Source: Octopus vulgaris
Taxonomy: Eukaryota
Direction: 5' to 3'
Assembly: GCA_951406725.2 (NCBI GenBank)
Contig: OX597826.1
Location: 31,248,001-31,312,000 of the forward strand
Length of the DNA: 64,000 nucleotides
Positions 14,570 to 26,101 of the stretch are shown in pieces. The notes below the pieces were generated by a model. The model saw only the letters and a list, made by a program, of their open reading frames with translations, was not told the DNA's origin and did not search any database. A program made the translations under genes and the position numbers. Numbering within the stretch: the first letter of the stretch is position 1; the number at the start of each line of letters is the position of its first letter.

Positions 14570-15363
14570 GGTGTGCAAGAGAGACGACGGCACTGGTATG
14601 GTCATGTGATACATATGAAGACAGCTGTGTGAGGAAGTGCCACTCCCTAACTGTAGCAGGAACCTATGGAAGAGGTCAACCCAGGAAGAGATAGGATGAG
14701 GTGGTGAAGCATGACCTTCGAACACTGGGCCTCACAGAGGCAATGACAAGAGAACGGGACAATTGGAGATATGCTGTGATTGAGAAGACCCAGCAACTAA
14801 AGTGAGATCGCAACCATGCATGTCCAGCCCTGTTAAGAATACCCCTGATGTGTCAGGCAATATGATATGCTTGAGAAGATTAGTTGAATCAAGTAAAACC
14901 AATATCATATCTGTGACTAGTGCCCCCTGACTAGTTCCCGTGCCAGTGGCACGTAAAAAGCACTATCCAAATGTGGTCAATGCCAGATCCACCTGACTGG
15001 CTCCTGTGCTGGTGGCATGTAAAAAGCACCATCTGAATATGGGTGACGCCAAGTCTGCCTGACTGGCTCCCGATTGTGGCTGATGTCAGTACCTCCTGAC
15101 TGGCTCTTGTGCCAGTGGCACATAAAAAGCACCATCCAAACATGATCGATGCCAGGCCCACCTGACTGGCTTCTGAGCCAATGGCACGTAAAAAGCAGCC
15201 ACTACACTTTCGGAATGGTTGGTATTAGGAAGAGCATCCAGCTGTAGAAACATTGCCAGATCAGACTGGAGCCTGGTGCAGCCGCTGGCTCTCCAGACCT
15301 CAGACAAACTGTCCAACCCATGCCAGCATGAAAAACGGACGTTAAACGATGATGATGATGATG
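14570..15363 (+). mobile_element. RTE-clade LINE 3' fragment with repeat-containing 3'UTR and (GAT)n tail
   Basis: Decayed RGxPRKxxDEVVKHDL-type ORF end, about 5 tandem GTGCCAGTGGCACGTAAAAAGCA units, ending GGACGTTAAAC(GAT)n. Confidence 0.8.
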
Positions 15364-15985
15364 AATATGCAGTACCAGACAGCGGCTCTCATGGCTGCTG
15401 ATCTTAACTGATTGGAGGTGTTATCACATACATTGTTTTGTCTCAGTATAAAAGATGGGCTACAGTAAATATTCTGCTCAATACCAGATTCACTTGTCAC
15501 TCATTTGATCGTAACCAGCTGAACATATCCCATATTTACATTGGACAGATATGTGTCCTCATCTTGGTTGTTGTTACTACAATACGTCCCTTGGTGGCTG
15601 ATGATTTGTGCATTTCTGATCAGGAACAGAAGTAGTGGGGGAGCATCATAGCCATGTGTTGAGAGGAATACTTTGCAGTTTGGATAATTCACCTTTGGAA
15701 ACATGAGTGTTTCATTCAACATCCCCAAACAAACCTTATTCAAAGACCATTTGAGTGGGATGGGCTATTCAACCTGAAGAAAATTCTAACTGGGGCCCCA
15801 CCTTCAAAGGCATGCACTGTATATCTTGAAAGGAGATCACCATGTTGTGCAGATATGGTTGTGATGTATGTGCCTAGTGTACCCTTATCAGACGGATAGT
15901 CATGATGGATACATTAGCCTTTGTATATTTGTACCACAGAGCCACTTTGATGGCATGCACTGCTCTTTCACTCAATAATAATAAT
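15364..15985 (+). mobile_element. Interspersed repeat with (AAT)n 3' end (unclassified retroposon)
   Basis: Discrete higher-GC block ending CACTC(AAT)n. Recalled as a common octopus repeat; no second copy in the window. Confidence 0.45.
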
Positions 15986-16815
15986 TTCTAAAATAGGCAC
16001 ACAATCACAAATTAAGAACGGAACAGTTGTAACACCTTGGGCAAGTGTTTCCTACTGTAGTTCCAGGTTTGCCAAAGCCTTGGGAGGGGATTCAGTAGAT
16101 GAAGTCTGAAAGAAGCCTGTTGTATGTGTATGCTTGTGTAGATATATGTGTATGCTTGTGTAGATATATGTGTATACTTGTAAGAGTACGAGTATGTATG
16201 TTTGTATCTTGACATCGTGTGATAGCTGTAAATGAGTGTCACTGTCATACAAGCAGTGTCATTCATTTCCAATACTCTGCAAAAACATGCCAGGCCATGT
16301 GGAAATATTACTTTGCTTGAAAACAGATGAGGGTTAGTGACAGGAAATGCATCCAGACCTAGAAAAGAATTCGCCTCAAACTCTATCCGACCCATGCAAA
16401 CATAGAAAAGTGGACGTTATAACAATGGTGACGAATAACAATATTGATACAATCAAAAATTAAGGGGAAATGAACAGCTGATTGTATCAACCCATACCCA
16501 CTAACCCCAGGATTAAACTAGCAAGTATCTTAATGCCCCAGGAACAATGAGAGACAAAAGTAAACCTTGATAGGATTTGAACTCAGAACACAGAGGTACA
16601 TAAATAACACATTATTGATTGTACCACCAACACCACTCTCAATAATAGTTCTTTACCACGTGATACAATCTTTCAAAGAGGAATATACATGTATCTGTGT
16701 TTGAAAAAAAAATGAAAATGGGGAAACTCAGAGTAGCTATCTCTATGTGATGTGTGAAGCCTCCTCAGTTTCGAATACAAGACTTAAATGTTGAGACGCG
16801 AACTTGTATACTTAC

Positions 16816-16939
16816 AGTGGTTACCTCCCTTACAACCAAACGCCATACATATCAGTGTCATTAGGGAGATCAACAAAGGCACGGTGATAGCTGAATATTT
16901 GAAGTTGTTATCGCTGTCAAGTCGATTGGCAAGTAAGAT
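16816..16939 (-). CDS. TMEM185: TMEM185 coding exon 6
   Basis: atttcag|ATC TTA ... AAC CAC T|gtaagt. 124 nt, encoding ILLANRLDSDNNFKYSAITVPLLISLMTLICMAFGCKGGNH. Found by manual translation. Confidence 0.95.
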
Positions 16940-18074
16940 CTGAAATTGAAAAAAACACAACAGATAATAATAGACAAATCAACTAAAATACACATACATA
17001 TATACAAAAATGTGTCGTAGTGCACCTGAGCCCTGTATACAACAATTTCTTTCAGATATATATATACAAAACGTAACTGAATAGAATCAGTTATTGCTTC
17101 TCTTTTATTGGATGGATGTTCTCCAACAAAGCAACTCACCACAAGTTGAAGGTTATTTTTTTTTTTTATCATCGCTTTTGTTAAGGGCAAACGTGACTGT
17201 GTTAAAGAAGTTTGCTTTCCAACTATGTAATCTCAGGTTCAAGTCCCACTTTGTGGAACCTTGAGAAAGTGTCCTTTGTGAACTCGGTAGACTTAAACAG
17301 AAAGAAACTGGTCAAATCATCATCATTTAACGCTCGTCTTCTATGCTAACATGGGTCGGACAGTTTGGCAGGAGCTGGCAAGCTGCACCTGGCTCCAATT
17401 GTGTATTTCAGTATCATTTCTACAGCTGGATGTCCCTCCTAACACTAACAACTTTACAGTGTGTAGTGGGTGCTTTTTACTTGGTACCAGCACCAGTGCT
17501 TTTTACATCATCATTATTATTATTATCTCCATCTTAGCGACGTATTGTTTTCAGTCGTGTTTGTTTGTCTGTGGATATCTCAAGAACTGCAGGATGGATT
17601 CAGATGAAACTTTCAGGAATGTTTGGCCTCGTGACTGACACTAACTGATTAGATTTTGGGATTGATCCAGTACCAGACAAGGATTCTGGATTATTTGTTA
17701 TATTTACTTTACATGAAGTATTATGATCTTAAGTTGACTTTCAAGTCTTTCTCTGATTATCTCCCTTGAAAGCATGCACATGGTTTCCATGTAAGTTATG
17801 GTGGTGTTGCTGTTTCCAAAGTTTTATTTTCATTTCTCTATTATTAATTTTACTTGTGTCTCTAGAAACTGATGGATAAAGAAATCAAACTATATAAACA
17901 TACAGCAGCAAAACCATTCAGAAATTAAATAACACTAACATATTCAGTAACAATAATAAATTTAATTTATCCTCAACAATTTTTTGTTTTACCAATTTTG
18001 AATATATCACTCCTGTTTAAAATCTCTTACCTACTTGACAATTGCATTTCTAACTCTTGCTTGAATGAAGATTT

Positions 18075-18250
18075 ACTTCTTGGACTCACGTTTCTGTGCA
18101 CAACAATGTTGTTAAACCTCCGTTAACAGCACCATATGCAGGTCTTTTCTGTTTTCTTTCACACATGGATAAATTTTTCATTATAGACCTTAATGGTCGT
18201 AAAGACATTATATCAGTAGATAGACTAAAAAAAGGCCTTCATAGAAAAAA
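18075..18250 (+). mobile_element. Gypsy LTR-retrotransposon integrase C-terminal (GPY/F) remnant
   Basis: THVSVHNNVVKPPLTAPYAGLF...DKFFIIDLNGRKDIISVDRLK resembles the Gypsy PLxPPYxGPF...VSIDRLK motif. Confidence 0.65.
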
Positions 18251-18809
18251 TTGTCCCTGTTCCCATTGCAGACGACACACACACAGCATTACAAAGACGG
18301 CCTGCACACCCACCTTCACATTCCATTGGGATCAATCAGGTACCAGACAAGGATTCTGGATTCTTTTCCCCCTTTTTTTTTCACTTAATTTTTGAGAGCG
18401 GTCAGGTTCATTTTTAGTATTCTCGTTTGTGAGAGCAATCAAGTTTGTTTCAGATATTCTCATTTTAAAAATCATCTCCGGCTAACTGTTGAGAGGACAT
18501 CGGTGTTGTCTTGGCTGAGGTCTGTGCTCTCTGAGTAATCTTGTTATTATTATTAACCATAGCAGTGAATAGCAGACTCGGTTGGAATATCTTTGATAGT
18601 AGTTCTGCTAAATAATGACAGATGGGGTTAAACAACCATAGCAACAACAATAATATTGTATATTTATTGTAGCCCCTACAACCCAACCTAATGGTTTATA
18701 TAGGGAGGTCCATTATATAAATCTTGGCCCACAGGTTTACATACAATAAATCCTTAACGAAACACAATCCACTCCAATCCAGCTAATTTTACTTCATATA
18801 ACACAAGTA

Positions 18810-19232
18810 CACGTGTGACTATGTGGTAAGAAGCTTGCTTCCTATCCTAACTACAAGGTTTGGGTTCAGTCCCACTGTAAAGCACCTGGAGCAAGTGTCT
18901 TCTACTATAGTCTTGGGTGAACCAAAGGCTTGTGAGTGGATTTAGTAGACAGGAACTGAAAAGAAGCCCACTATACACACACACATGCGCATGCATACAT
19001 GTGCTACTGTCTCCTTCCTCAGACATTTTGTGATAGTAGCAAACGAGTGTCAACGTCATGCAAGCAGTGTCCTTCATTTGTAATTTCCGGTGTCTGGTCA
19101 TGGGGAAATATTACTTTGCCTTGATATAGGTGAGAGTTGGTGACAGGAAGGGTATCCAGTTGTAGAAAGTCTGCTTCAACAAAATTTTGTCCAAACCATG
19201 TGAGCATGGAAAAGGGGATGCTAAACTGATGA
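18810..19232 (+). mobile_element. Family A-head SINE with alternative RTE-like tail
   Basis: Same head as family A, but ends ...GACAGGAAGGGTATCCAG...GCATGGAAAAG...GATGATG. Similar copies at 16020-16430(+) and 44640-45010(-). Confidence 0.75.
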
Positions 19233-19469
19233 TGTACAGAGCCTCAGATTTTGAGCGTCATATATAATCAATTATACAGGCACCCCAAATACTCAAACTT
19301 TAGTTATTCAGTCCTGCCAAAGGCCAAGTTGACTTCAGCAAAGTTTGAACCAAGAACACATAGAGAAAGAACCAAATAACACAAAGTCTTCAGTTGGACA
19401 TGCCACCTCTTCTGCCAATCTACTGTTCTACATGGAATAACATAACAACACTGAACATAAATTACTTAC

Positions 19470-19646
19470 TTCAAAAGTTAATAATGGTATGACAAGGAAT
19501 GAATATGCTATGGCAGAAGAAAGATTTCCTCGTCTCTGTTCTGGAATTAAATCTGGTGACTTCATCAAGATTATGGTTAAAATTATTCTATACAACATGC
19601 CAATCATTGCTATACACATCACAATCCATATAGGAATAAACACAAT
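19470..19646 (-). CDS. TMEM185: TMEM185 coding exon 5
   Basis: ttttcag|ATT GTG ... TTT GAA|gtaagt. 177 nt, encoding IVFIPIWIVMC...PEQRRGNLSSAIAYSFLVIPLLTFE. Confidence 0.96.
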
Positions 19647-19847
19647 CTGAAAATAAAACAAAAGACAAACAAAATTAATTTCCTGCAACAAAACATTTCA
19701 AAGTAGCAGACATTTGTCACCTAACGATTTCTAGAAACTGACCAAACACAATGGCTATGGCAGATGCCTTTAGATTTCTAGCCATTGTTTCTTTAGAGTA
19801 CATCCTCATTATCATCATGATTAAGTTAATTTGATCATATCCTATCC

Positions 19848-20350
19848 CAGGGGTTCCCAACCACAGAACCACAAACTAAACCAGGCCATGAATAATTTCA
19901 TACAGGGACACACAGAAGAAATAAAAATGTTGAAATTTTATTTCTATTTTATTGACTATCATAGTCTGCAGGCTGTTTTTGCATTGCATATGTCCTTATC
20001 CTTATCCATGAGGGAGGAACTCCACCCTGGACTCCTTCCACCTTTGTTTGTCTCTGGCCAGTCATGGTCACATAGGCCCCAGATAGAGATTCATAAGTCA
20101 TGTGGGTACTAGCAGTAAAGAATAGGCCCAACATATTCCTGCATGAGGTAAAAGCCCTCTTAAGGGCTCACCAACCTGCAGTGCCAAGCTCACCAACCTG
20201 CAGTGACATACACCAATAATTATATATGTAATAATTAAATTACATATTATGCACTTTATTGTATTTGTTATGCACACGATCCCCAGGTCCATGGAAAAAT
20301 TGCTTTGCATGAAACCAGTCCATGGCGCCAAAAAAACGGCTCAGGATAGC
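19848..20350. mobile_element. Degenerate hAT-Charlie (MER1-like) element
   Basis: CAGGGGTTCCCAAC left end; right part GGAAAAATTGCTTTGCATGAAACCAGTCCATGGCGCCAAAAA resembles the MER1/Charlie3 end as recalled. Confidence 0.5.
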
Positions 20351-21349
20351 TATTTTTTCTTTCTCGGGCTGCCGTGCAATACTTAGCTATAAATTACTTC
20401 AGGGGAGATAACTTGTCTGATATTGAAATAATGCTCTAAATCTAATTCTCAAATCTTTCTATCACTGACCACTTATATTTCAATGAATTTTCCCACAGAC
20501 CCAAGGCTTCTGAAAGTTGTATATATTCAATAAGCTCTGATTATGTTAACAAACTAGTTTTCTCAGTTTTGTCTCTCAAATGAAAGATATCTGTAACTGA
20601 AGGACATCCGGCTGTAGAAACCATGCCAAAGCAGACACCAGGAGTTGGTGCAGTCCTTTGGTTTGCTAGTTACTATCAAACCATCCATCCATGCCAACAT
20701 AGAAAACAGACATTAAATGATGATGACGATGAATAATCATATATAACGTGTTTGGTTGCAGTCCCTCATGAAAGTACGTCTGGGCTTCCTAACATGTCTT
20801 GACATAAACAAAAGACTCATTTATTCTGCGTTGTTTTGTTACCAGGTTTCCATGTAAACATGTCCAGGCTGTTTGTTGTTAGAAAGACTGAGATTATTAA
20901 CCACACTTGAAAACAGGCAGAGGTTGACATCAGGAAGGATATCCAAACGTCGATAAGTGCCCAAACATACTTTCCTCTGATGGACTGAGTAATTATACAT
21001 TTTACATTGCAGCCTTTTTAAATTTTGAACACAGCTCAAGAAACCTCATTAACATCTTGTGGAAAATCCAGGAGTCTGGGGACACCACTGTTCTAAACTA
21101 TAGGCATTTGATTCAAATTCATTTCTTTAAATTAAAGCCAAGACTAATGTTGTGAGGAAACTTACAGTTGACAAAACCCAACTTCAGTATATCCTTCAGG
21201 TTTACTTTTAATTTTGGAATTATTAGTTTTTAATCTGGAAGTTAAACAACAAAGACAACTAGATGAGAACTGACCTGCAGGTATTTAATGGATTATCATT
21301 GTGAATTTAGAAAGAAAGATAAAAATATAAGATTATAGGTTACACATAC

Positions 21350-21433
21350 CACCCAATTCCACAAAATGAAGTTGTCCAGTCGTAAAGCAAGGAAGATGAA
21401 CTGGAGAATGTTTACAGCACAAAACAGTTCCAT
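21350..21433 (-). CDS. TMEM185: TMEM185 coding exon 4
   Basis: gttttag|ATG GAA ... TGG GTG|gtatgt. 84 nt, encoding MELFCAVNILQFIFLALRLDNFILWNWV. Found by manual translation. Confidence 0.95.
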
Positions 21434-24400
21434 CTAAAACCCAAAGCAGAAAATTAGAAAAACAAAGAAAAAAGATCATAACTTTTGAGTCTGGTACAGA
21501 AAAAAATAAATTAAAAAGTATTATCCATCAAAAATACATCAAAAGAATCGATATAAAAACAAAACAAAAAACATTAGAATATAATTTATAAAAACCACAG
21601 AAATAATAAAACATAAATGCAGTCAAAATGAGACCAGAGATAGTGACCTAAAAAATAATGGAAATTTATCTTTAACCAAATAATAAAATTTAAACAATAA
21701 CATTTTAAAATATAAACACCATTAAGTTTTGAGAGCAAGGAATAAGGTGCTGTTTATTCCATCAATGAAGCAGCTCAGTTTACTTCTCTGTTAATGAAGG
21801 GTCAAGGATCTATTGAAAAAACTTTATGCAATAATTTATAGAATATATCCAGATTTAAGGAAAAAAGTTCTGTGATATAGAACACTTCTGCTTGTCTATT
21901 TTTGAAATTTGTTTGGTTTTACTTATTTGTGTGTGCATGTGTGCGTGTGTGTGTGCATGTATGCATGGTATATATTTTAATTTTTAATATAAAGTACTGA
22001 GTGTTCAATAACCAAAGCATTTATTTAATTCAAGTTTAATTTACTTACAAATGTGTAACACACACACACACACACTGCTTGACCAAGCTCCAAAGCTAGC
22101 CAATGGCAAGATAGTAGTTGCAGTCCAAGAGAGACCTCAAAGGCCTGGGCTAAAGTGGAAAACACCTGCTGAGGGTGTAGGTTAGTTGAACCTGAACTGA
22201 AAACCTTGCAGCAAACCAAAATTCTTGACCACTGAACCAAGCCTGTGCTCCTCCCATATACATCATCATCATTCAAAGTCCATGTTCCATGCTGATATGG
22301 GTTGGACAGTTTGACAGGCTCCAATGGGTTCAAGGACTGCATCATGTTCCAAAATCTATGTTGACATGGTTTCTGCAGCTGGATACCCTTCCTAAAGCCA
22401 ACCACTTTACAAAATATATACTGGGTGCATTTTTGATGCCACCAGCACTAGTGAAGTCACCATGCAGATTGCAGAACTACAAAGCCTAAGAGCAGCAGCC
22501 TTATGATATGAGGTGAAGTGTGAAAGTAATCATGGGAAAACTGAGGACTGCAACACTTTCTGAATGGCACACCTAATAAAAAATTACCTTCAATTTCATC
22601 TTTAGTGGTGCAGCTCACCTGATAAAGAGCCAGGTCTCATATGGTCTGCTTATCAAAAAATTGTTGCCCATGTCTGATTTAAACTACTGGAGAAGGGACC
22701 AGAGCAGAACAGGTCTCTTACGGTAGAAGGGCCACATAGACCCTCAAGGTATGAAATGAATGGGGGTGGGGAGAACCAGGAGTGTGTGTTGGAGGTTGCA
22801 AGAGTGTATGGGGGAAAGTAAAGCATGAGGGAATGGATGGAGTAATGAGTAGAATGAAGAACAGGCAGAGTGGAAGATGAGTAGAGGATTTAGACAAGAG
22901 TAGGTGACTGGATATCAAAGACATTTTCAGTAATTTCCAATTGTTTCATTTTTCTAGATATTTCAATATGAAGGCAAACAATTTAAGAAACATTCACATG
23001 TACATGTTCAGATATGCATATGAAAAGAAAAGTGAAGAAATTATGCATGTAAAAATCAAAAGTGACAAATTAAGAGTATAAAATAAAAATTCTTTTAAAT
23101 GAGATAATAGTCGAAGTTTAGTAAAGAACAATATGTAGAAAGAAAGAGAAAAATAATAATAATGTCAACTATAAAGACAAATAAAACAATGAAAAAAAAC
23201 CAACACCAGACTAATCAATGTTGGCTGTATGAAAATCTACAATAATAACGTACAGCTCACTAAATAGAGGAAGGAAGGCAAATAACGAGAACTACAATTA
23301 TCTTTATGCAGAAAATATTTTTGAAAAAAAAAACACTAAAAAGAAAATATTATCCATAAGTTTTTATATATAATATACATATAAATAATAATAATAATAA
23401 TAATAATATTTCATATATATATTAGTGTATATGGTTCACAGATCTTCATTTAAGAGGGTCAAATTCGAAAACAACTATCATATTTATTTTTGAATAGGAA
23501 AAAATATTAAAGTGACTATTCCCTTAATCTGTGAAACGCAGATCAAAAAATCCCAATTTCAAAAGTTTAATTAAATTCAATTTAATTAGTGAGAGAATTT
23601 ATGTATTCTAATAACAATTATCTAGGCTTCTGATTAACCTTTTAAGCATTTAAACCGAGCATATCTGGCCCAAAATATTCTCCCCGTTTCATGATCAAAA
23701 TGGCCAGATCTGGCCTCTCACACCAACCCTACAATGTTATTCTGTAAATAAACAATCATAACGTCAAAATCTCGAAACTACAAGATAACGCATAAATAAT
23801 TCAAAGCCAAGTGAATAAACAAGCATTGCATTTAACAGGGTGATCTGAATGCTAAAGGGTTGAAAATATTTCCAGAAAAGAGTTAGGAAGACACCAAGAA
23901 ATTGTGATGTATTTAACAAACTTTGCTTTATTCTTCCTCTGGTGTTCAGACATGAGGTTGTGGTCATGCTTGGACATCACCTCTGAGGGTTTATTCCAGT
24001 CATGGACAAAGTGCAGCCTGCAGGATTTGATGAAATGACTTTTGAATTTTTTTCACAGTGCAGCCTGCCTGATGATGAGCCATGTTTCATGTGGCCCACT
24101 CATTGTAAAGGTTTGCCTGTGCCTGGTTGGGTCAAATATATCAACCACAGTACTTGACTCATATTTATTTTAATTGATCTCAGAGAGACAAGCAGTAAAT
24201 TCAACTTATCAACCTGTAGGGCAGGGAAGGACAGCATTTAACATGGAACCAAAAAGAGACAAAACTAAATATATCACAAAATATTTTATCCAATGTTCTA
24301 CCAGTTCTGTCATGCCCTTTCATCAAGAAGGCTGTTTAATTACCATTGCTAAAATTAAATACTGATTTCAAATTTTGGCACAAGGCCTGCAATTTTGGAA

Positions 24401-24949
24401 GAGGAAACAAGTCTATTATACTGACCCCCAATGATCAGCTAGTACTTATTTTATCGATCTGACAAAAGACAAAGTCAACCTCAGTAGAATTTGGTAAAGA
24501 TGATGGCTCTAACAAGACACATTTCATTCCAAGACATTCAGATGAATTCTAAAGTGAATTAAATAAGGCATCTCAAAGTCACCATCGTAATACATGTGTG
24601 TATGTATATACACACACACACATACATACTTATATATCTCATAGCATCAACCAGTCTATTGGATTTTGTTATAAACCATTGGTCACAATGCACTATGCAC
24701 AGTTTTAGCTTTCAAATGGTGCCACCTAGCTAGCCAGGTGAGCAGGCCAACATCTGCCCCGATCGGTGGGCTTGTCTATAATGGGGTTACACATTTACAG
24801 CTGAGTGGACTGAAAGAAGGTAAAATGAAGGGTTTTGCACAAGAACATAATGCACCAGTCATCCCAGGAATCAAATCTTCAATCTAGTGATTGTGAGTGC
24901 AGCACCCTAACCAGTCGGCCACGTGCCTCCACACAAACACACACCCCAT

Positions 24950-25650
24950 TATCATCATTTATCATCTGCTTTCCCTTCTGGTATGATTTCTACAGCTGGA
25001 TGCCCTTCCTAATGCCAACTACTCCAAGAGTGTAACGGGTGCTTTTTATATGCCATCAGCACTTGGCTTGATGGGTTTTTTCAGTAACAACATATTGCCA
25101 AAGGTCTCAGTCACTTGTCATTGCCTGTCACACCCAATGATCATGCTTCACCACCTCGTCCCATGTCTTCCTGGGTCTACCTCTTTCACAGGTTCCCTCC
25201 ACAGTTAGAGATCGGCACTTCTTTACGCAGCAATCCTTGCCCATACGCATCAAGTGACCATACCAATGCAGACCACATACAATTCTTCTTATGCCCAGCT
25301 TTTCTCTCAAGATGCTCACACACAGTCATACATGCACACTGACATTGCACATCCAACGAAGCATTCTAGCTTCATCTCTTTCAAGCCTATGCATGTCCTC
25401 AGTGGTCACAGCCTGTGTTTCACTGCCGTGTAGCATGGCTGTTTGCACACAGGTATCATACAATCTGCCTTTCACTCTGAGGGATGGGCCCTTAGTTACC
25501 AACAGAGGTAGAAGCTTTCAGAACTTTGCCCAACCTATTCTTATTCTAGCAGCTATGCTCTAGGAGCATCCACCTCCGCTGCTGACTTGGTCACCTAGAT
25601 AACAGAAGCTATCAACTACTTCTCGGTAACCACCCCCTCCCGGCATTTGA
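24950..25650 (-). mobile_element. RTE-clade LINE 3' fragment
   Basis: Minus-strand translation includes VVDSFCYLGDQVS, LHWYGHLMRM and RGRPRKTWDEVVKHD. Confidence 0.85.
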
Positions 25651-26056
25651 TGCCTCTCAATAATAAGCAATCATGTATCTGACAAGGAAGCAAATTATCA
25701 CCACCACCCACTACATTTATGATGTAATAGCACTGATAATTTAATGGATTTCCTGCTTTCAAAACACATTGTGAATGTTTCTTTTTAATTATACCTAAAC
25801 ACTACCTTGTTTTCAACTTGACCCCTGCATACATACACACTCACATATATACAAATAAAATTTAACCCCATGCAGTTTTGTGGGTCAGTAATTTTTTCTT
25901 TTCTTTTTTTTTTAGATATTTTAATTAAATCTGTGTACACTAAATCTTAAGTGAAGAAAGGAAAGAAAGAAAAACTCATTTAAAAAAAAAAACTGGTTCC
26001 AGTTTTGTTTATGTAAACAATAAGCAACAGGCAGTGGGTGCAGGTAGTTTTCATAC

Positions 26057-26101
26057 CTGCAGAGCGCCAGGGTTCTCTAATATTCGGTATTGTACTGCAA
26101 A
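26057..26101 (-). CDS. Candidate alternative 45-nt cassette exon of TMEM185 (FAVQYRILENPGALQ)
   Basis: ttttttttcttcag| 45 nt open in phase 0 |gtatga, inside phase-0 intron 3. No homology or expression support. Confidence 0.35.

Noticed and set aside
14935-15200. Regularly spaced direct repeats resembling a CRISPR array
   Set aside because: The spacers are similar to each other and the array is part of an RTE LINE 3'UTR also seen near 39880 and 45050. The context is eukaryotic with no cas genes.
21275-21349. Alternative downstream donor (CTGCAG|GTCAGT) for exon 4
   Set aside because: The extension hits an in-frame stop within a few codons and has no other support.
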